From: Microvirgula aerodenitrificans DSM 15089
GTDB lineage: Bacteria; Pseudomonadota; Gammaproteobacteria; Burkholderiales; Aquaspirillaceae
Direction of reading: 5' to 3'
DNA: 24,000 bases
Assembly (NCBI RefSeq): GCF_000620105.1
Contig: NZ_KK211072.1
Span: 28,275 to 52,274, forward strand
Shown here: one piece after another, positions 20,105-24,000 of the stretch
Layout of the letters: every line of letters starts with the position of its first letter
How positions within the stretch are numbered: position 1 is the first letter of the stretch
Position numbers and translations under genes: made by a program
The notes under the pieces: model-generated
What the model saw: the letters and a program-made list of their open reading frames with translations, nothing else
What the model was told of the DNA's origin: nothing
The model's database searches: none

Positions 20105-20393
20105 CACGCATTCTTCAGGTATTGCATCCGGTTTGATCTCCTTTTATGACGTACGCTTGTGTTGCATCGCTGATGAATATGGATTGGGCGCTTAAGCTTG
20201 GCTTGAGAATTCAACAGGGATGCCGAATATTGTGACCGTCCAGGGGATCAGCTGGAATGGCAGTGATGTCACGGTGCCGCACCGGGTGAGAACATGGTGC
20301 ACGAGCGGATGCGCCCAGGTCATTGATAAATCTGCCGTATCGAGTGCTGGCACCACCCGGCGAAATACGGTACGGGAGTCATCGTGAAACAGC

Positions 20394-20428
20394 AAACCGG
20401 CGGCATGACTCCGCCGGTTTGTGTTTTT
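20394..20428 (+). terminator. Intrinsic terminator between acylphosphatase and GDT1-family gene
   Basis: AAACCGGCGG-CATGACT-CCGCCGGTTT (perfect 10-bp stem) followed by GTGTTTTT on the plus strand; may act bidirectionally. Confidence 0.8.
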
Positions 20429-20438
20429 CCGCAGCAGA

Positions 20439-21008
20439 TCAGGCCGCCGCCATCCCCATGGCCGCCGCAATGCCGAGTCCCGCGAACAGACAGGCCGAGA
20501 CGATGTGCACGGCGCGGGTCGGCAGGACATTGGCTGCCTTGTGGCCGATCCAGACCGCCGGCGCATTGGCCAGCATCATGCCGACCGTGGTGCCGGCGAC
20601 GACGGCGAACAGCGCGTCGTACTTGGCGGCCAGCATCACCGTCGCGATCTGGGTCTTGTCACCCATTTCGGCCATGAAGAAGGCGATCACGGTCGCGGTA
20701 AACACGCCGGCGCCATCACGGATGCGGATTTCGTCCTCGTCGATCTTGTCGGGAATCAGCATCCAGACGGCCATGCCGACAAACGACGCGACCAGTACCC
20801 AGCGCAGGACGTCCGGGGAAACCAGCGTGACCAGCCACGCGCCCAGACTGCCGGCGATGGCGTGATTGACAATGGTGGCGACAAAGATGCCGGCGACGAT
20901 AGGCAGCGGTTTGCGGAAACGGGCGGCGAGCAGCAAGGCCAGCAACTGGGTCTTGTCACCGATTTCGGCCAGCGCGACGACGCCAGTGGAGATGAAGAAT
21001 GCGGACAT
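20439..21008 (-). CDS. TMEM165/GDT1 (UPF0016) family membrane protein, probable Mn2+ exporter (MneA-like)
   Basis: Two repeats of the family motif: ALAEIGDKTQLLALLLAARF and FMAEMGDKTQIATVMLAAKY. Confidence 0.92.
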   Translation of the reverse strand: MSAFFISTGVVALAEIGDKTQLLALLLAARFRKPLPIVAGIFVATIVNHAIAGSLGAWLVTLVSPDVLRWVLVASFVGMAVWMLIPDKIDEDEIRIRDGAGVFTATVIAFFMAEMGDKTQIATVMLAAKYDALFAVVAGTTVGMMLANAPAVWIGHKAANVLPTRAVHIVSACLFAGLGIAAAMGMAAA

Positions 21009-21018
21009 GTGGAGTTCC

Positions 21019-21195
21019 CGAGGCTCGATACGACACCATGATCGCGCGTCGCCCGAGCCTCGAAAGAGAGCGGACGGCGATCATGGGTCTTGCCGCGAAA
21101 AGTCTGTGCTTTCCGTCGCGTGCCACGGCCTGTCGGCCAAGTCTGTTGACACGCGCCCCCGCTGTGCTGCCGCGGGCCGGCTACTCCCCCAGGAC
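21019..21195 (-). promoter_or_regulatory. yybP-ykoY family (manganese) riboswitch: aptamer about 21083-21195 plus putative expression platform 21019-21086
   Basis: Minus strand contains in order GGGGGAGTAGCC (21190-21179), GTCAACAGACTTGGCC (21150-21135) and GGCAAGACC (21094-21086), matching the conserved yybP-ykoY blocks, directly upstream of a GDT1-family gene. Confidence 0.87.
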
Positions 21196-21230
21196 TGGGT
21201 GCCCGGCAGAACCGGGCGAGAAGAGCGCGC

Positions 21231-21260
21231 ATTCTAGCGGCAGGGTGCGGGCGGCGTAAA
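21231..21260 (-). promoter_or_regulatory. Candidate sigma-70 promoter for the riboswitch-GDT1 transcript
   Basis: Minus strand TTTACG (21260-21255), 18-nt spacer, TAGAAT (21236-21231); start would fall immediately 5' of the aptamer. Confidence 0.5.
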
Positions 21261-21313
21261 GCCCCCGGCCGGCGATGCCGCGCGAAGCTTGCCGGGCGTG
21301 GCTGCCGCATGCC

Positions 21314-21319
21314 TATAAT
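21314..21319 (+). promoter_or_regulatory. Candidate -10 box for serA
   Basis: Perfect TATAAT 46 bp upstream of the serA ATG; a weak TTGCCG lies 19 bp upstream of it. Confidence 0.5.
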
Positions 21320-21364
21320 CCCGAGTAAATAAGTCGGAATTCATTGCACAGGAGTTCATGCGTC

Positions 21365-22594
21365 ATGGCCAGATATTCGCTCGACAAAGACAAGATCCGC
21401 ATCGTCCTGCTCGAAGGCGTGCACCAGAACGCGGTCGACGCGTTGCTGGCGGATGGCTACACCAATATCGTGCGTCATGCCAAGTCGCTGTCCGGCGACG
21501 CGCTGGCGGAAGCGGTCGCCGATGCACACATGGTCGGCATCCGTTCGCGTACCCAGCTGACCGACGCCGTTTTCGGTTCGGCGAAAAAGCTGATGGCGGT
21601 TGGCTGCTTCTGCATCGGCACCAACCAGGTCGATCTGGACGCCGCCGCCAGGCGTGGTGTCCCGGTGTTCAATGCCCCGTTCTCCAACACCCGCTCGGTG
21701 GCGGAACTGGTGATCGCGGAAACCATCATGCTGATGCGCGGCATTCCCGAGCGCAGCGCGCTGGCGCATCGCGGCGGCTGGCTGAAATCGGCCGATGGCA
21801 GTTACGAGGTGCGCGGCAAGACGCTGGGCATCATCGGCTACGGCCATATCGGCACCCAGACCGGCATCCTGGCCGAGAGCCTCGGCATGCGGGTGATCTA
21901 CCATGATGTCGAAACCAAGCTGCCGCTGGGCAATGCGCAGCCGGCTGCATCGCTGGCGGCACTGCTGGCGGCGGCCGACGTGGTCACGCTGCACGTGCCG
22001 GAAACCCGCGAAACGCAGAACATGATCGGTGCGCCCGAACTGGCGGCGATGAAGGCCGGCGCCAAGCTGATCAATGCCTCGCGCGGCACGGTAGTCGACA
22101 TCGATGCGCTGGCGGCGGCACTCAATGCCGGTCACCTGTCCGGTGCGGCGATCGATGTGTTCCCGGCCGAGCCGAAGGGCAATGACGACGAATTCCTCAG
22201 TCCGCTGCGCGGACTCGACAACGTGATCCTGACTCCGCATATCGGCGGCAGCACGGTCGAGGCGCAGGCCAATATCGGCGCCGAAGTTGCTGCCAAGCTG
22301 ATCCGCTACTCGAACAACGGCTCGACGCTGAGCGCGGTGAACTTCCCGGAGGCATCGCTGCCGGCGCATCCGGGCACCGCGCGGCTGCTGCATATCCACG
22401 AGAACCAGCCCGGCGTGCTGGCCGCCATCAACGAGACCTTCGGCCGGCTGGGCATCAATATCTCGGCCCAGTACCTGCAAACCACGCCGACGCTCGGCTA
22501 TGTCGTCATCGACACCGACAGCCCGGCGCCGGAAGCGGCGGTCGAGGCACTGTCGGCGGTGCCGGGCACCATCCGCTGCCGGGTGGTGTACTGA
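21365..22594 (+). CDS. serA: D-3-phosphoglycerate dehydrogenase (SerA type, with C-terminal ACT domain)
   Basis: MARYSLDKDKIRIVLLEGVHQNAVDALLADGYTNI...LGIIGYGHIGTQTGILAESLGMRVIYHD...LHVPETRETQNMIG...NVILTPHIGGSTVEAQANIG...ACT region HENQPGVLAAINETFGRLGINISAQYLQT. AGGAG SD at 21350-21354. Confidence 0.95.
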   Translation: MARYSLDKDKIRIVLLEGVHQNAVDALLADGYTNIVRHAKSLSGDALAEAVADAHMVGIRSRTQLTDAVFGSAKKLMAVGCFCIGTNQVDLDAAARRGVPVFNAPFSNTRSVAELVIAETIMLMRGIPERSALAHRGGWLKSADGSYEVRGKTLGIIGYGHIGTQTGILAESLGMRVIYHDVETKLPLGNAQPAASLAALLAAADVVTLHVPETRETQNMIGAPELAAMKAGAKLINASRGTVVDIDALAAALNAGHLSGAAIDVFPAEPKGNDDEFLSPLRGLDNVILTPHIGGSTVEAQANIGAEVAAKLIRYSNNGSTLSAVNFPEASLPAHPGTARLLHIHENQPGVLAAINETFGRLGINISAQYLQTTPTLGYVVIDTDSPAPEAAVEALSAVPGTIRCRVVY

Positions 22595-22621
22595 CCGCGT
22601 CGTGACCGGTGCATGAACAGA

Positions 22622-22644
22622 CGCCCCCGTGATGAACGGGGGCG
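22622..22644 (+). terminator. Hairpin downstream of serA
   Basis: CGCCCCCGT-GATGA-ACGGGGGCG, perfect 9-bp stem, followed by TTCTGG (poor T-run). Confidence 0.6.
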
Positions 22645-22679
22645 TTCTGGACTGACCATCACCCCTTGCCTGAGAAGAC

Positions 22680-22817
22680 CGGACGAGCGAAGCGAGGTTT
22701 CCCCGCGGCGGCGGGGACGGAAGGGGCAGGGCTCAATCAGGCAGACTGCCGTGCCCATGACGGATTCTGTCAGTCGGGCGTGCACCGACGCCACTGCAAC
22801 CGTCGGTGCCCACCTTT
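22680..22817. repeat. 138-bp direct repeat, copy 1
   Basis: Base-by-base identical to 22859-22996 (offset 179 bp). Weaker similarity extends about 15 bp upstream (CCTTGCCTGAGAAGAC vs CCTTGCCCGCAAAGAA). Confidence 0.97.
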
Positions 22818-22858
22818 AATCAGCAGTCAGACCGTCCATAGACCTTGCCCGCAAAGAA

Positions 22859-22996
22859 CGGACGAGCGAAGCGAGGTTTCCCCGCGGCGGCGGGGACGGA
22901 AGGGGCAGGGCTCAATCAGGCAGACTGCCGTGCCCATGACGGATTCTGTCAGTCGGGCGTGCACCGACGCCACTGCAACCGTCGGTGCCCACCTTT
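22859..22996. repeat. 138-bp direct repeat, copy 2
   Basis: See copy 1; ends 13 bp before the hslO stop codon. Confidence 0.97.
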
Positions 22997-23009
22997 GCCT
23001 GCAGTCTGC

Positions 23010-23894
23010 TCAGTGCCGGGTCGGGCTGGCCGGCTCGATCGGGTCCTGCGGACCGGCGAACAGCTCGGCGGCATCGTCTTCGTCGAACACGTATTTCTGC
23101 TGACAGAATTCGCAGGCGATCTCGACGCTGCCCTGTTCGGACAGGATGCTCTCGACCTCGTCGCGGCCGATCATGCGCAGCATGCCGCCGACGCGCTCGC
23201 GACTGCAGCTGCACTGGAAGGCCACGCTTTCGGCGTCGAAGGCGCGGATGACTTCCTGGTGGAACAGGCGATACAGGATGTCATCGGCCGACAGCGTCAG
23301 CAGTTCTTCCTGTTTCAGCGTGGCGGCCAGTTCGCGCGCACGCGGCCAGTCATCCTCGTCACCGCTGCTGCCCGGCAGTTTCTGCAGCAGCATGCCGGCG
23401 GCGCAATCACCGTCGGCAGCCAGCATGATCAGCGTGTCGAGCTGTTCCGAGCGTTCCATGTAGTGCGTCAGCAGGCTGGCGACGCTGCCGCCTTCCAGTG
23501 CGACAATGCCCTGGTAAGGCTCGGCGCCGGCCTGTTTCGGATCGAGGGTGATCACGCACTGCCCCTGGCCGGTCAGGGTGGCGAGGTCGGCATCGGCCGG
23601 CAACTCGCCATCCCAGCGTGCGGTCGCGCGCAGGGTGCGCGTGGCCGCATTGACTTCCACCACCAGCAGTCGCAGTGCTCCCTGACCCTGGATCTGCAGG
23701 ATCAGCTGGCCGTCGAATTTCAGGTTGGCGGCCAGCAGGATGCCGGCGGCGGCCAGTTCGCCCAGGCGGTCGCGCAGCACCGGCGGGTAGTCGTGGCGGG
23801 CGTTGATCTCGCGCCAGCTGTCGTCCAGGCGCACCAGTGCGCCCCGGACCGGTGCCTCGTCGAACAGGAAGCGTTGCAGCGTGTCTTTTTTCAT
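23010..23894 (-). CDS. hslO: Hsp33 redox-regulated chaperone
   Basis: MKKDTLQRFLFDEAPVRGALVRLDDSW...; C-terminal zinc-binding cysteines CSCSRE...CEFC. Confidence 0.95.
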   Translation of the reverse strand: MKKDTLQRFLFDEAPVRGALVRLDDSWREINARHDYPPVLRDRLGELAAAGILLAANLKFDGQLILQIQGQGALRLLVVEVNAATRTLRATARWDGELPADADLATLTGQGQCVITLDPKQAGAEPYQGIVALEGGSVASLLTHYMERSEQLDTLIMLAADGDCAAGMLLQKLPGSSGDEDDWPRARELAATLKQEELLTLSADDILYRLFHQEVIRAFDAESVAFQCSCSRERVGGMLRMIGRDEVESILSEQGSVEIACEFCQQKYVFDEDDAAELFAGPQDPIEPASPTRH

Positions 23895-24000
23895 GTCGGA
23901 ATCGTCTCCGTTTCGGTGTCGGTACCGGTGCTCAGCCGGGCGGTATAGAGGGTCATCGGCAGTGCCGAGCCGACGTCGAATTCGCAGCCGGCCCTGACGC
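23891..24000 (-). CDS. 3' end of an unidentified protein, coupled to hslO (ATGA overlap)
   Basis: Open minus-strand frame from the window edge, ...VRAGCEFDVGSALPMTLYTARLSTGTDTETETIPT*, stop overlapping the hslO ATG. Confidence 0.45.
   Translation of the reverse strand, partial: VRAGCEFDVGSALPMTLYTARLSTGTDTETETIPT

Noticed and set aside
20192-20566. 124-aa minus-strand ORF downstream of the GDT1-family gene
   Set aside because: It overlaps the 3' end of the GDT1-family gene and crosses the strong terminator hairpin; no recognisable domain or RBS.
22666-23103. Small ORFs spanning the 138-bp repeats (MPEKTGRAKRGFPAAAGTEGAGLNQ..., RTDERSEVSPRRRGRKGQG...)
   Set aside because: Open in several frames only because the repeat is GC-rich; no convincing RBS and the frames run into hslO antisense sequence. 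Treated as non-coding repeat.

Overview
This 24 kb window is GC-rich beta-proteobacterial housekeeping chromosome. Gene content suggests Neisseriales/Chromobacteriaceae, possibly Laribacter-like; this taxon is inferred and was not searched. Minus strand, 1-9.9 kb: NAD(P)H-hydrate epimerase (partial), ubiX, Gx-type transporter, NusG-domain-II protein, rapZ, hprK, ptsN, hpf, rpoN, lptB, lptA, lptC, kdsC, kdsD. Plus strand: CPA2 antiporter and pdxH. Minus strand: SMR transporter (gdx/sugE type) and a TetR regulator. Plus strand: pseudouridine synthase, rnk-like, scpB, rluB with a very large tandem-repeat N-terminus, NlpE-like lipoprotein, greB, acylphosphatase. Minus strand: TMEM165/GDT1-family putative Mn exporter. 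Plus strand: serA. Minus strand: hslO and a partial ORF. I found no mobile element, CRISPR array, defence island or clearly new multi-gene system. The best non-coding signals are: (1) a convincing yybP-ykoY (manganese) riboswitch upstream of the GDT1-family gene, with interleaved, mutually exclusive inverted repeats that look like its expression platform; (2) a perfect 138-bp direct repeat (offset 179 bp) carrying two hairpins per copy, between the convergent serA and hslO genes; (3) 11 tandem RGG-like units (123/159 bp periods) in rluB; (4) a perfect 14-bp palindromic operator candidate in front of tetR-sugE.
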